Shown: positions 45,946 to 56,273, numbered from the stretch's first letter. The stretch: DNA of 64,000 bases from Chloroflexota bacterium (GCA_029262675.1 JAJCYW010000005.1:17402-81401); one strand, 5' to 3'. Translations and numbers: made by a program. Notes: a model not told the origin generated them from the sequence alone.

Positions 45946-47097
45946 ATGGCTCAAGATCAATTCGGGCAGGGCGGCATGGCGACGGAGACGGCCGCACCCT
46001 ACCCCGTCAAACTAGACATCCAACGCGCGGAGCAGCAGTCGCGCTGGCGGGCGTTCTTCCGGCTGCCGCTCAGTATTCCGATCTTCATCTTCCTCAACTT
46101 GCTGAGCACCGGCGTCGACGGCGCGATCATCGCCGCGATACTCGTCCGTGGCAGCATCCCGCGATGGCTCTTCGACTTCAGAATCGCCTCGTCGCGCTGG
46201 CTCTATCGCGCGGGCGCATACGTCCTGCTGCTCACGGACGAGTACGCGCCGTTCGAGGGCGATTACGCCGTCAGTTACGACGTCACGTATCCCGACAGAC
46301 TCTCGCGATGGAAGCTCGTCTTCTGGAAGTTCCTCACGTCGGTTCCGCACATCATCGTCCTCAGCGTCCTCGCGCTCACGCTCGTCGTCATCGTGCCGAT
46401 TGGCTGGTTCGCGGTGCTGTTTACCGGGAAGTACCCGCAGGGGCTGCACGGGTATGTCACCGGCATCATGCGCTGGAGCGCGCGCGTCGGCGCATACACG
46501 ATCTCCCTGACCGACGAGTTCCCGCCGTTCAGCCTCTCTGCGAACGCAGGGGCGGGCAGTGACAGCGCCCAGGCATTCTCCGCCGTGGCCGGCGTGCTCG
46601 CCACGGGCGGCATCGTCGCCGGCATCGTCGTTGCGGTGATATTTTCCCTTGGTGAGGACGTGGTGACGGATGTCTCGTACGAGAGGCTGGTGGCGGGCGA
46701 GGTACGTGCGGGCGAGGCCGTCGTCGAAGTCAACGGCTGGAAATTGGAGCTAGTCGACGGTCTGGATCCCGCGAACGAGGTCGTCGGGCTGTTGCAGCCG
46801 CTACCGGGCCACCGGCTCGTCATCTTCACGTTCTTCATCACGAATGTCTCGGACAATAGCGATCGCACCGTTGGCTTTCTCCACCGAAATGACTTCGACA
46901 TGGTGGACGCAATGATGCAGGAACGAGCCCCTCTCCTCGTGGTTGTCGGTCGCCGTTCTACGCCTGAACGGGTTCGCCCTCACGAAACTGTCCGTGTCGA
47001 CGCCGTCTTCGAAGTGGGCACCGGCACGCGCCCGGAATCGGTGTCGTTCGGCGGCGGAGGCCCCTTCCTCGACACCGCCGTCTTCGAGTTCCGCTAG
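45946..47097 (+). CDS. DUF4389-like protein with extra C-terminal soluble domain
   Basis: TDEYAPF, LSRWKLVF..SVPH, TDEFPPFSL, then TM and a beta-rich domain. Confidence 0.78.
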   Translation: MAQDQFGQGGMATETAAPYPVKLDIQRAEQQSRWRAFFRLPLSIPIFIFLNLLSTGVDGAIIAAILVRGSIPRWLFDFRIASSRWLYRAGAYVLLLTDEYAPFEGDYAVSYDVTYPDRLSRWKLVFWKFLTSVPHIIVLSVLALTLVVIVPIGWFAVLFTGKYPQGLHGYVTGIMRWSARVGAYTISLTDEFPPFSLSANAGAGSDSAQAFSAVAGVLATGGIVAGIVVAVIFSLGEDVVTDVSYERLVAGEVRAGEAVVEVNGWKLELVDGLDPANEVVGLLQPLPGHRLVIFTFFITNVSDNSDRTVGFLHRNDFDMVDAMMQERAPLLVVVGRRSTPERVRPHETVRVDAVFEVGTGTRPESVSFGGGGPFLDTAVFEFR

Positions 47098-47150
47098 CGT
47101 AGTGCCGCGTTGCTGCGCCATCGCGTGTCAGCTACTCTGAACACGACCGC

Positions 47151-49409
47151 ATGACGCCAGACCAACACACCCTCGACATGATCGCCCTGACGCGGGAGGA
47201 GTACGAACTCGCCTGCGAACGGCTGGACCGCGAGCCGAGCGACGTCGAGTTGGGCATGATCGGCGCGCTCTGGAGCGAGCACTGCGGCTACAAGAACAGC
47301 CGCCCACTGCTGCGGCTCTTCCCCAACAGCGGCCCGCGTGTGCTGACGAAAGCCGGCGAGGAGAACGCCGGCGTCGTCGATATCGGCGATGGCTGGTGCG
47401 TGGCGTTCAAGATAGAGTCGCACAACCACCCGTCCGCCATCGAGCCGTACGAAGGCGCGGCGACCGGCGTCGGCGGCATCGTGCGCGACATCTTCGCGAT
47501 GGGCGCGCGGCCGGTGGCCCTGCTCGATTCGCTGCGCTTCGGACCGCTGACGGACGCGCGCAACCGCTACCTCTTCCAGCACGTCGTCGGCGGCATCGGC
47601 GGCTACGGCAACTGCCTCGGCGTGCCGACCGTCGGCGGCGAGGTGGCGTTCGACGACTCCTACTCCGGCAACCCGCTGGTCAACGCTATGTGCGTCGGCG
47701 TCGCCCGCATCGACAAGCTCCAGAAGTCGAGCGCCGGAGCGGCGGGCAGTCTGCTGCTGCTCGTCGGGGCGGACACGGGCCGTGATGGCATCCACGGCGC
47801 GACGTTCGCCAGCGTTGAGCTGGACGAGAAGTCGGACGAGCGGCGCCCGGCGGTGCAGGTCGGCAACCCGTTTATGGAGAAGCTGCTGATGGAGGCCTGC
47901 GTGGAGTTGGCGGAGGAGCACGGCGATTGGATCGTCGGCATGCAGGACCTCGGCGCTGCCGGCCTCACCAGCGCTGCCGTGGAATCGGCCGCCAAGGCCG
48001 GCGCCGGCATCGACATCGATGTTGCGCACGCGCCGCGGCGCGAAGACGGCATGTCGGCCTACGACCTGATGCTCTCTGAATCGCAGGAGCGGATGCTTAT
48101 CATCGTTTCACCGGAGCACGAGGCCGACGTCCGCGCCCATTTCGAACGTTGGGAGCTGCACTGCGTCGTGATCGGCGTCGTCACCGACGATGGCCGGGCC
48201 ACCGTCCGCGATAGCTCCGGCACTGCGGGGAACGGCAAGGTTGTCGCGCAGTTGCCGGTGGAGCTGCTGAGCGACCCGCCGCAGTACCGTCGCCAGGGCG
48301 AGAAGCCGGCCTGGCTGGACGACCTGCAGGCCTACGACCTCTCGGCGCTGCCGGACACAGAAGACGCTAACGCCGACCTGCTGCGGCTGCTGGGGACGCC
48401 CGAAATCGCATCGAAACGCTGGATCTGGCGTCAGTACGACCACCAGGTGCTGACCAACACCGTCGTCGGGCCCGGCAGTGACGCCAGCGTGCTGCGGATC
48501 AAGGGCACCCGTCGGGCAATTGCGATTGCTACGGACGGCGACGGCCGCATGTGCTATCTCGATCCGTACGCGGGCGGCGTGATGGCTGTGGCGGAGGCGA
48601 CGCGCAACGTCGTCTGCGCGGGCGCGCGGGCGCTGGCCGTGACGGACTGCCTCAACTTCGGCAACCCGGAGAAGCCCGACGTCTACTACCAGATGGAGCA
48701 GTGCATCCGCGGCATGGCGGCCGCGTGCGAGGCGCTGGAGACGCCCGTCGTCTCCGGCAACGTGTCGCTCTACAATGAAACCTCAAGCGACGGCGGTCAA
48801 CCTCGCGCGATCTACCCGACGCCCGTCGTTGGCGCGCTGGGTCTGATGGAAGACGTCGATAGCGTCATTCCAATGAGCTTCCAGAGCGAGGGCGACGACG
48901 TTGTGCTGCTGGGCGCGGACACGCCGCGCGGTGATGTCAACGCTCTGGCCGGCAGCGAATACGTGAAGGTCGCGCATGATGGCCTCATCGCCGGTCAGCC
49001 GCGGATCGATCTCGAGCTAGAAGTGCGGCTGCAGCGGGTTCTCCTGGCCGCAAACGCCGCTGGCCTCGTGCGCTCCGCCCACGATTGCTCGCGCGGCGGT
49101 CTCGCCGTGACTATCGCGGAGATTTGCATCGAGTCGGGCCTTGGACTGGACGCGGCGGGCGTCTCGATTTCGGGCCGTGTCGACGCGGCGCTGTTCGGCG
49201 AGACGCCGTCTCGGATCGTCGTCTCCACGTCCGACGCCGGCGCGCTGCTCTCGCGGGCGCGCGAACATGACGTACCGGCGCTGCGGCTGGGCGTCGTTGG
49301 CGGCGACCGTATCGCGCTTGGCGTGGAGATCGACGTCGCGATCGGCGACGCGCGGCAGCCGTACGAGAACGGCCTGGCGAGCGCGCTGGCCGCAGATGGC
49401 GCAAGCTAA
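47151..49409 (+). CDS. purL: Phosphoribosylformylglycinamidine synthase subunit PurL
   Basis: [43 protein letters not shown]. Confidence 0.97.
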   Translation: MTPDQHTLDMIALTREEYELACERLDREPSDVELGMIGALWSEHCGYKNSRPLLRLFPNSGPRVLTKAGEENAGVVDIGDGWCVAFKIESHNHPSAIEPYEGAATGVGGIVRDIFAMGARPVALLDSLRFGPLTDARNRYLFQHVVGGIGGYGNCLGVPTVGGEVAFDDSYSGNPLVNAMCVGVARIDKLQKSSAGAAGSLLLLVGADTGRDGIHGATFASVELDEKSDERRPAVQVGNPFMEKLLMEACVELAEEHGDWIVGMQDLGAAGLTSAAVESAAKAGAGIDIDVAHAPRREDGMSAYDLMLSESQERMLIIVSPEHEADVRAHFERWELHCVVIGVVTDDGRATVRDSSGTAGNGKVVAQLPVELLSDPPQYRRQGEKPAWLDDLQAYDLSALPDTEDANADLLRLLGTPEIASKRWIWRQYDHQVLTNTVVGPGSDASVLRIKGTRRAIAIATDGDGRMCYLDPYAGGVMAVAEATRNVVCAGARALAVTDCLNFGNPEKPDVYYQMEQCIRGMAAACEALETPVVSGNVSLYNETSSDGGQPRAIYPTPVVGALGLMEDVDSVIPMSFQSEGDDVVLLGADTPRGDVNALAGSEYVKVAHDGLIAGQPRIDLELEVRLQRVLLAANAAGLVRSAHDCSRGGLAVTIAEICIESGLGLDAAGVSISGRVDAALFGETPSRIVVSTSDAGALLSRAREHDVPALRLGVVGGDRIALGVEIDVAIGDARQPYENGLASALAADGAS

Positions 49410-49478
49410 CCCTCACGACGGCTGTTCGTCGCCGGCCGCCACGCAGCGGCAAATCCCCTCGTGTTATAGTGCCGCACC

Positions 49479-50342
49479 ATGACTGCGGATGATGTGCGAA
49501 CCTTGCCTCTTCCTTACGCCGACATAGCCTATCGCGAGAGTGGCAGCGGCGAGCCCATCCTCTTCGTTCACGGCTGGCCTATGTGCTCTACGACCTGGCG
49601 AAAGGTCATCCCCGCGCTTCAGCCCTCTTATCGCTGCCTCGCACTCGATCTCATGGGCGCCGGCAATACGGCCTGTGACCTCAACCAGGATCTTGGCATC
49701 GAGGCCCAGGCTCGCATGCTCACCGACTTCCTCGACGGCCTAGAGATCGAGCGCGTCACTCTCGTCGCCCATGACTCCGGCGCCACTATCGCTCGCGCCT
49801 TCGCCATCGACCACCCGCAGCGAGTCGCACGCTTCGTCCTGTTCGATACGGAGGTCGCCGGACACATGCTTCCGCCTGCCGTCCGCTTCCTGCTGCTGTT
49901 GGCGAGGATGCCCGCTTCAGACCGTCTGTTTCGCCCGCTCCTCAGCTCAAGGCGGTTCCGTCGCTCTCGCCACCTGGGCATGGGCAACGTCGCTCATAAT
50001 CACGAGGCAATCGATCTCGACGACTTCTTCGCGACCGCGCTTGGGCCGCCACTCAGTTCTCGCGACAGCCTTCGCGGGTCGCTCAAGTTCATCGCTGGCT
50101 TCGACATGAGCTACCTGGAGATTCTTGCACCGCGCTATGACCGTCTCACCATGCCCAAGCTAGTCATCTGGAGTGAACGCGACTACTTCTTCCCGCCTGC
50201 CTGGGGCCGTGAGATGTTCGACCGTCTCCTTGAGCCCAAGCGCTTCGAGGTCATCCCCGACTGTGGTGTCTTCCCCCACGAGGAGCGCCCCGCCGACTGG
50301 CTCGCCCTCGTCCAGCCCTTCCTTGAGGAGACCGCCGTCTAG
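49479..50342 (+). CDS. Alpha/beta fold hydrolase
   Basis: FVHGWP, LVAHDSGA (Asp nucleophile), GVFPHEE. Confidence 0.85.
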   Translation: MTADDVRTLPLPYADIAYRESGSGEPILFVHGWPMCSTTWRKVIPALQPSYRCLALDLMGAGNTACDLNQDLGIEAQARMLTDFLDGLEIERVTLVAHDSGATIARAFAIDHPQRVARFVLFDTEVAGHMLPPAVRFLLLLARMPASDRLFRPLLSSRRFRRSRHLGMGNVAHNHEAIDLDDFFATALGPPLSSRDSLRGSLKFIAGFDMSYLEILAPRYDRLTMPKLVIWSERDYFFPPAWGREMFDRLLEPKRFEVIPDCGVFPHEERPADWLALVQPFLEETAV

Positions 50343-50426
50343 CAGGCCGCTGGCATTTGGGCCTCGCCGTCGCGCGGCAGCTGTACGAGACCGGCCTGGC
50401 CAGCGCGTCGTCGTCGGCGGCATTAC

Positions 50427-50455
50427 TTGACATACTGTTAGACGTTGCATACATT
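50427..50455 (+). promoter_or_regulatory. Near-consensus sigma70 promoter
   Basis: TTGACA-17-TACATT. Confidence 0.65.
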
Positions 50456-50624
50456 TGTTCTGAGGGTGGCTGGTGGCCGGAAATGCCCGTGTGGAAAGAA
50501 ACCTGCGCCGCCGTGGAAAAGAACTACGCCTGAACCATTGACCGCTGCGGTGACTCTGCCGCTATGATGATCCTGTCGGCCCTCACTCGAGGTGCGGCCT
50601 GACCGGAGAACACGGAGAACATCG

Positions 50625-51251
50625 ATGAAAGTAGTCTTCATGGAGAGCGTCGAAGGCACCGCGCTGGTGGGCGAGGTGAAGGAAGTCAAGAACGGCTTCG
50701 CTCGCAATTACCTGCTGCCTCGCGGTCTGGCCGCGCCCGCGGTTGAGCCGTACCTGTCGCGCGCCGATTCGCGTGCCGTGGTGGAAGTGAAGAAGCAGGA
50801 AGCGCTCGACGGCGACGCCTCGAAGGTCGCCGAACGAATCGAAGGCAGCCGCATCACGATGACGGCCCGCGTCGGCGAGACCGGCCGCCTGTTCGGATCG
50901 ATTACGAGCGTCCACATCGCGGAAGAAGTCACGAAGCTGCTGGACGGCGAGGTCTTCGACCACCGGAAGGTGCTGCTGCCGGAGGCGATTAAGGAAGTCG
51001 GAGTGCAGCCCGTGCGCCTGCGCCTCACGCGGAACGTCGAGGCGGAGATCGAGGTCGAGGTGCTAGCCGAAGGCGTTGAGGAAGAGGACAAGCCGGTCTC
51101 CCTCGATGACGAAGCGCCGTCAGGCGAAACGTCTGATGACACCGCCGCCGAGGCCGTTGCCGAGGCGGACGATGAAGGTGCTGCCGAAGCGGATGCTGGA
51201 AGCGCGGACGCGGCTCCTGACGGAGACGACGAAAGCCAGCCGACGGCATAG
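50625..51251 (+). CDS. rplI: 50S ribosomal protein L9 with acidic C-terminal tail
   Basis: MKVVFMESV..EVKNGFARNYLLPRGLA, GRLFGSIT. Confidence 0.95.
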   Translation: MKVVFMESVEGTALVGEVKEVKNGFARNYLLPRGLAAPAVEPYLSRADSRAVVEVKKQEALDGDASKVAERIEGSRITMTARVGETGRLFGSITSVHIAEEVTKLLDGEVFDHRKVLLPEAIKEVGVQPVRLRLTRNVEAEIEVEVLAEGVEEEDKPVSLDDEAPSGETSDDTAAEAVAEADDEGAAEADAGSADAAPDGDDESQPTA

Positions 51252-51346
51252 CCGAGCGCGCATACCCCTACCGGCCGCGCGGGACGTGGTGCGGCCGGCA
51301 GCACACAACGAGATTTTGATGGGCGTACGCACGGATCGCGGGTCGC

Positions 51347-52732
51347 ATGGTCAACTCTGACATCAAACCCCTCCCATCCGATGTCGACGCCGAAGAGGCC
51401 GTCATCGCGTCGATCCTCGTCGACGATGACGCGATCTTCAAAGCCCAGCCCGACCTGGCGCCCGAAGACTTCTATCGCGAGCAGAACCGCTGGATCTACG
51501 AGGCCTGCCTGCTGCTCTCCGAACAGGGCGAGGCGATTAACCAGGTCACCGTCGCGCACGCGCTGGCGCGCCAGAACCGTCTGGAGGACATCGGCGGGCC
51601 CGGCTACCTCTCCCGCATTGTCACCGACCTGCCGACGCCGATCGGCATCCAGCACTACGCCCGCATCGTCCGCCGCGACTCGATCTACCGCAACCTGATC
51701 GGCATCACGGAGCAGATCAAGAACATGGCGTACGAGGGCGGTCCGAAGCTGGACGGCGTGCTGGACCGGGCACAGGAGCTGATCATGTCGCTCCACAGCA
51801 GCGACAAGGTTGGCGACTTCGTCCAACTGCGCGGCCTGCTGGAGGAGTACCTGGAGACGCCCGGCATCGATTCGCGCGACTCGAACCTGATCGGCAACAT
51901 CCGCACCGGCTTCGTCGACCTCGATACGCTGCTCGGCGGGCTAAAGCGATCGGACTTGGTGATCATCGCCGCGCGGCCCAGCCTGGGCAAGACCAGCCTG
52001 ACCATGAACATCGCCCGCAACGCCGCCGTTGGCCAGGGCGCGCGTGTCGCCGTCTTCAGCCTGGAGATGGCGGCCAGCCAGCTCGCGCAGCGGCTGCTGT
52101 CGGGCGAGTGCGGCATCGATTCGACGCGGCTCCGGCTGGGCGAGCACAACGAAAACGAAGAGCAGCGCATCATGCACGCGATGGGCGTGCTGGCCGAGGC
52201 CGAGGTCTACATCGACGACACGGCGATCCAGCGCGTGTCGGAGATCCGCGCCAAGGCGCACCGCCTCCACCGCGAGCGTCCGCTCGATCTGATCATCGTC
52301 GACTACCTGCAGCTGATCCAGGGCGGCGCCGGTGGCCGCTGGGACAATCGCGTCTCGGAGGTGAGCGAGATCTCGCGTGCACTGAAGGGCCTCGCCCGCG
52401 AGCTGGACGTCGCCGTGATCGCCTGTTCGCAGCTCTCGCGGGCGCCGGAGCAGCGCGTGCCGCACATCCCAATGCTAAGCGACCTGCGAGAGAGCGGCAG
52501 CATCGAGCAGGACGCCGATGTCGTCGCCTTCATCTACCGCGAGGACGTCTATGTCACGGAGGAGGAGTGGGGACGGCTCCACCCTGAGCAGCCGTACAAA
52601 GAAGGCATCGCGCAGGTGATCGTCGCGAAGCACCGAAACGGGCCTACCGGCACCGTGGACTTGCGCTTCCGCAAGAACCTGACGCGTTTCGAAGACCTGG
52701 TGGCGCGGACGCCGGAACCGTCCTACAACTAG
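51347..52732 (+). CDS. dnaB: Replicative DNA helicase
   Basis: AARPSLGKT, FSLEM, IIVDYLQL, SQLSR, SDLRESGSIEQDAD, KHRNGPTG. Confidence 0.97.
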   Translation: MVNSDIKPLPSDVDAEEAVIASILVDDDAIFKAQPDLAPEDFYREQNRWIYEACLLLSEQGEAINQVTVAHALARQNRLEDIGGPGYLSRIVTDLPTPIGIQHYARIVRRDSIYRNLIGITEQIKNMAYEGGPKLDGVLDRAQELIMSLHSSDKVGDFVQLRGLLEEYLETPGIDSRDSNLIGNIRTGFVDLDTLLGGLKRSDLVIIAARPSLGKTSLTMNIARNAAVGQGARVAVFSLEMAASQLAQRLLSGECGIDSTRLRLGEHNENEEQRIMHAMGVLAEAEVYIDDTAIQRVSEIRAKAHRLHRERPLDLIIVDYLQLIQGGAGGRWDNRVSEVSEISRALKGLARELDVAVIACSQLSRAPEQRVPHIPMLSDLRESGSIEQDADVVAFIYREDVYVTEEEWGRLHPEQPYKEGIAQVIVAKHRNGPTGTVDLRFRKNLTRFEDLVARTPEPSYN

Positions 52733-52733
52733 A

Positions 52734-54188
52734 ATGCCCAAGCTGAACGAACTACTGGGCGACCCGCAGCCGGAGCGCAGCGCCGTCCCGCCGGAGTACG
52801 CGGCGGCGCGGCCCGACGTGCCGCAGAAGGATGATGGCGTATGCGAGAGGTGCGGCGGCTTCGGCTTCGTACGCCGGGACCTGCCGGCGGATCACGCGGA
52901 CTTCGGCCGCGCCGTGCCCTGCGATTGCCAGCGGGCGGAGCGCCACGTCGACCGCGCCGAACGGCTGCAGCGCTACAGTAACCTTGGCCCGCTGACGCGG
53001 CTGACGTTTGAGAACCTGATCCGCCGCGGCCGCAGCGCCGATCCGAGAGACCAAGCGCGCTTCAATCGCTGCGTGGACGAAGCCGAGGCGTTCGCGCAGG
53101 ATCCGCAGGGCTGGCTGGTGCTCGCCGGCGCGTCGGGTTGCGGCAAGACGCACATCGCTGCGGCTGTCGCCAACCGCTGCATCGAGCGCGGGCTGCCGGC
53201 GCTCTTCGTCGTCGTGCCCGACCTGCTCGATCACCTTCGTGCCGCCTACCGGCCGGACTCCGAGATCAGCTACGACGAGCTGTTCGAGCAGGTGCGCAGC
53301 GCCCCCGTGTTGGTCCTGGACGATCTGGGCACGCAGAGCGCGACGCCGTGGGCGCAGGAGAAGCTTTTCCAGATCATTAACCATCGCTACAACGCGCGCC
53401 TGCCCACCGTCGTCACGACGAATACGGCGCTCCGGAAGTTCGACGACCGGCTGCGCACGCGGCTGGGCGACCCGTCGCTCTCGCAGCCGCACGCAGACCT
53501 CATCGCGAACGTTCACCACTTGGAAGAACGGCGTCCGTTGGAAGACCTGGGCGTGAACATGCTCCAGCTCCCCATGGTGCGCGACATGACGTTCGAGTCG
53601 TTCGACCTCGCCGACTACCGCTCGCCGCGCGACCAGCAGCAGCGCGAGCAGGCGTATCGCGCGGCGATGAACTTCGCCGACCAGCCGGACGGCTGGATGG
53701 TGCTCTTCGGCGGCCGCGCGCGCGACCGCACGCATTTGGCCGCAGCGATCGCCAACCGGCGTCACGCCTCCGGCGAGCAGCCGGTCTTCGTACAGGTGAC
53801 CGATTTCCTCGACTCGCTCCGGAGCGCGTTGAACGACGACAGCCCCGGCAAGTACGACAGGATCAAGCGCAACACGCGCGACTGCCCGTTCCTGATCCTG
53901 GAGGATCTGGAGATCGGCTCGCGCAGCGACTGGGCCCAAGAGAGGCTAACCCAGCTCCTCAACCCCCGCTGCCTGGGTCGCTTGCCCACGGTGATCACCA
54001 CGCCGCACACGTTGACCCGGCTCGTTACGGACCCCGGCTGGGAGCGCCTGGCGCGGCTGCTCACGGATCCCAAGTTCTGCTCGGAGATCGGCGTCGGCGA
54101 GATCTCCGACGCGGAGCAGGCGGTGGCGAAAGCGCCGCGCCGCGCGCGGTCGCAGGCAAAGACGCAGGCCAACCCGAAGTCGCGCTAA
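52734..54188 (+). CDS. Tandem-AAA DnaC/IstB-like ATPase (putative helicase loader)
   Basis: CERC..PCDC zinc motif; GASGCGKT, LVLDDLG, RLRTRL; second degenerate AAA domain (GGRARDRT, LILEDL). Confidence 0.8.
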   Translation: MPKLNELLGDPQPERSAVPPEYAAARPDVPQKDDGVCERCGGFGFVRRDLPADHADFGRAVPCDCQRAERHVDRAERLQRYSNLGPLTRLTFENLIRRGRSADPRDQARFNRCVDEAEAFAQDPQGWLVLAGASGCGKTHIAAAVANRCIERGLPALFVVVPDLLDHLRAAYRPDSEISYDELFEQVRSAPVLVLDDLGTQSATPWAQEKLFQIINHRYNARLPTVVTTNTALRKFDDRLRTRLGDPSLSQPHADLIANVHHLEERRPLEDLGVNMLQLPMVRDMTFESFDLADYRSPRDQQQREQAYRAAMNFADQPDGWMVLFGGRARDRTHLAAAIANRRHASGEQPVFVQVTDFLDSLRSALNDDSPGKYDRIKRNTRDCPFLILEDLEIGSRSDWAQERLTQLLNPRCLGRLPTVITTPHTLTRLVTDPGWERLARLLTDPKFCSEIGVGEISDAEQAVAKAPRRARSQAKTQANPKSR

Positions 54189-54293
54189 GCCGTCGAAGGC
54201 ACCCCCGCCGCGCCCTCGTGGCGCTCGCGGCAGCCCCATCCCGACCAGCACCGCCGCTATAGCTTGTAGTACGCGGTATCAACGTTCCCGGCC

Positions 54294-54322
54294 TTGACAT
54301 TTCGTGTGGCGTTTCATACACT
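54294..54322 (+). promoter_or_regulatory. Near-consensus sigma70 promoter
   Basis: TTGACA-17-TACACT. Confidence 0.65.
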
Positions 54323-54393
54323 CGCGCCGTGGCGACGGCCGAGCCTGGTGGCAGGTTCTTTCCAGCCCACGTTGAGAGCCAAGGAGGGGCCTG

Positions 54394-54684
54394 ATGGTGT
54401 TTGAGGACAAGACCATCGTCTGCAAGGATTGCAGTGCAGCGTTCCAATTCACGGCGGGAGAGCAGGGCTTCTATGTGGAGAAAGGTCTGCTGAACGAACC
54501 GCAACGTTGCCCGGACTGCCGGGAGCAGCGGCGACAGGAGCGCACCGCCAACGGCCGCCCGGAGACTACCGTCATCTGCGCCGACTGCGGCGCGGAGACG
54601 ACCGTGCCGTTTGTGCCGCACTTGGACAAGCCCGTCTACTGCGACGAGTGCTTCCAGCGCGAACGCGTGCAGACTGCGGTCTAG
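54394..54684 (+). CDS. Double zinc-ribbon (CxxC-x17-CxxC) protein
   Basis: FEDKTIVCKDC..FQFTAGEQ.FY..EPQRCPDCR; CADC..PVYCDEC. Confidence 0.88.
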   Translation: MVFEDKTIVCKDCSAAFQFTAGEQGFYVEKGLLNEPQRCPDCREQRRQERTANGRPETTVICADCGAETTVPFVPHLDKPVYCDECFQRERVQTAV

Positions 54685-54756
54685 CCTGTAGCTGAACGGG
54701 GCGTCGGGTGAGGTGCGCGGCTCGCCGTATAAACGGCGGCCGGCGCTCGCGGCGGC

Positions 54757-55449
54757 CTAGGCGGTCGCGGGTTGCGGTGGCTCGACGGGGTGGCCGGTGA
54801 CCCATGCTCCGCCGCCGTCCTCCCAGATCTCCTTCTTCCAGATCGGCACCGTCTCTTTGATGCGGTCGACGGCGAAGTGGCACGCCTCGAACGCCTGCTT
54901 GCGGTGCGCGGACGAGACGGCAACGAGCAGGCTCGCCTCGCCGATCTCGAGCCGGCCGGTGCGGTGGTGGATGCCGACGCCCGTCACGGCAAACTTAGCC
55001 CGGATTTCCTCGCCGACCTCGCGCAGCTTCTTCTCCGCCAGCGTGTCGTGTGCCTCGTACTCCAGCGCTTGGACGCGGCGGCCTTCGCTGTTGTTGCGCG
55101 CGACGCCGAAGAACAAAGCGACCGCGCCGCTTTCGTCCTTCCGCACGGCCGCGACGAGGCGGTCCGGCTCGAGCGGGTCTGTCGTCAGGAGGAACGTGTC
55201 GTCGCTGCCACCGCTGACGGGCGGGATCAGCGAGATATCGTCGCCGTCCTGCAGGACCTGGTCCGTGGGCACGAATTCGTCGCCGACGGCGCAGACCAGC
55301 GTGGGCAGGAACGGCACGACGGCGGGGTATTGCCGGCCCAGCTCCTGCTGGAGCTCGACGACTGTCGAGCTCTCTCCCAGCTCCAGCGTCACTTCGCGCT
55401 GGCCGACGAGATCGTGGAGTCCGGCAAACAGCCGCAGTCGTACCTTCAT
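54757..55449 (-). CDS. moaE: Molybdopterin synthase MoaD-MoaE fusion
   Basis: LFAGL..IPPVSGG followed in frame by GAVALFFG..HRTGRL..KETVPIWKKE. Confidence 0.9.
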   Translation of the reverse strand: MKVRLRLFAGLHDLVGQREVTLELGESSTVVELQQELGRQYPAVVPFLPTLVCAVGDEFVPTDQVLQDGDDISLIPPVSGGSDDTFLLTTDPLEPDRLVAAVRKDESGAVALFFGVARNNSEGRRVQALEYEAHDTLAEKKLREVGEEIRAKFAVTGVGIHHRTGRLEIGEASLLVAVSSAHRKQAFEACHFAVDRIKETVPIWKKEIWEDGGGAWVTGHPVEPPQPATA

Positions 55450-55586
55450 TTATCGAAGCCTCAATATAGGGGGCAGATGTGTTGTAGTATACAAGGGGGT
55501 TCCCCGCCTGTCCAAATCGCTGCTCCATATCTTAAGCTGGTACGCGCGTTCGGCCGGAGGGCCGTCGGCGGGAGGGATAACGGTCC

Positions 55587-56273
55587 ATGGTGGTCGGAAG
55601 GTTGACGCGGGCGGTCGTCGAACTCGTTTTCCCCGCACAGTGCGTCGGTTGCGGCAGCAGCGGCGTGTTCCTCTGCGCCGAGTGCGCGGCGGCCATGCCG
55701 CGCGCGGACGGCGTTCGCTGCGTCCGCTGCTGGCTGCCGGGTTTGGGCTGCCGCTTGTGCCGGGACGCGCCGCCCGCGTTCGACCAACTGCGCGCGGCGT
55801 ACCGATACGAAGGCGCAGTGCCGGAGTTGGTGCGCGCGCTCAAGTACCGCGGTGCGACTGCGGTCGCGGAGCCGATGGCCGAAGCGATGGTCGCAACTGT
55901 GCCGCGCGAGGAGATCTTGTCGGACGTGATCGTGCCGGTGCCGCTGTCCGGCATGCGGAAGCGGACCCGCGGCTACAACCAGGCGGAGGAGCTGGCCAAC
56001 GCACTCGGCCGCTTCCTCGGCGTCGGCGTACTGCCGCGCGCGATCGAGCGAAGGCGGGGCACGCCGCCGCAGGCCCGTAGCAGGAATGCTATCGAACGGC
56101 TGCACAACGTAGCCGGCGCGTTCCATGCCGGCGAAGCGGACCTGTCAGGAAGGAGCGTCCTCCTCGTCGACGATGTGACGACGACGCGTTCGACGCTCTC
56201 GGCGTGCGCGGAAGCCGCCCGCCGGGCGGGCGCACGTGAGGTGCGCTGCGTCACGTTCGCAACGGAGGACTAG
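55587..56273 (+). CDS. comF: ComF family protein
   Basis: CVGC..CAEC and CVRC..CRLC zinc ribbons, RGYNQA, LLVDDVTTT. Confidence 0.88.
   Translation: MVVGRLTRAVVELVFPAQCVGCGSSGVFLCAECAAAMPRADGVRCVRCWLPGLGCRLCRDAPPAFDQLRAAYRYEGAVPELVRALKYRGATAVAEPMAEAMVATVPREEILSDVIVPVPLSGMRKRTRGYNQAEELANALGRFLGVGVLPRAIERRRGTPPQARSRNAIERLHNVAGAFHAGEADLSGRSVLLVDDVTTTRSTLSACAEAARRAGAREVRCVTFATED

Noticed and set aside
52734-54188. IstB-like ATPase as an IS21 element
   Set aside because: No IstA transposase or terminal inverted repeats; tight coupling to dnaB favours a loader.
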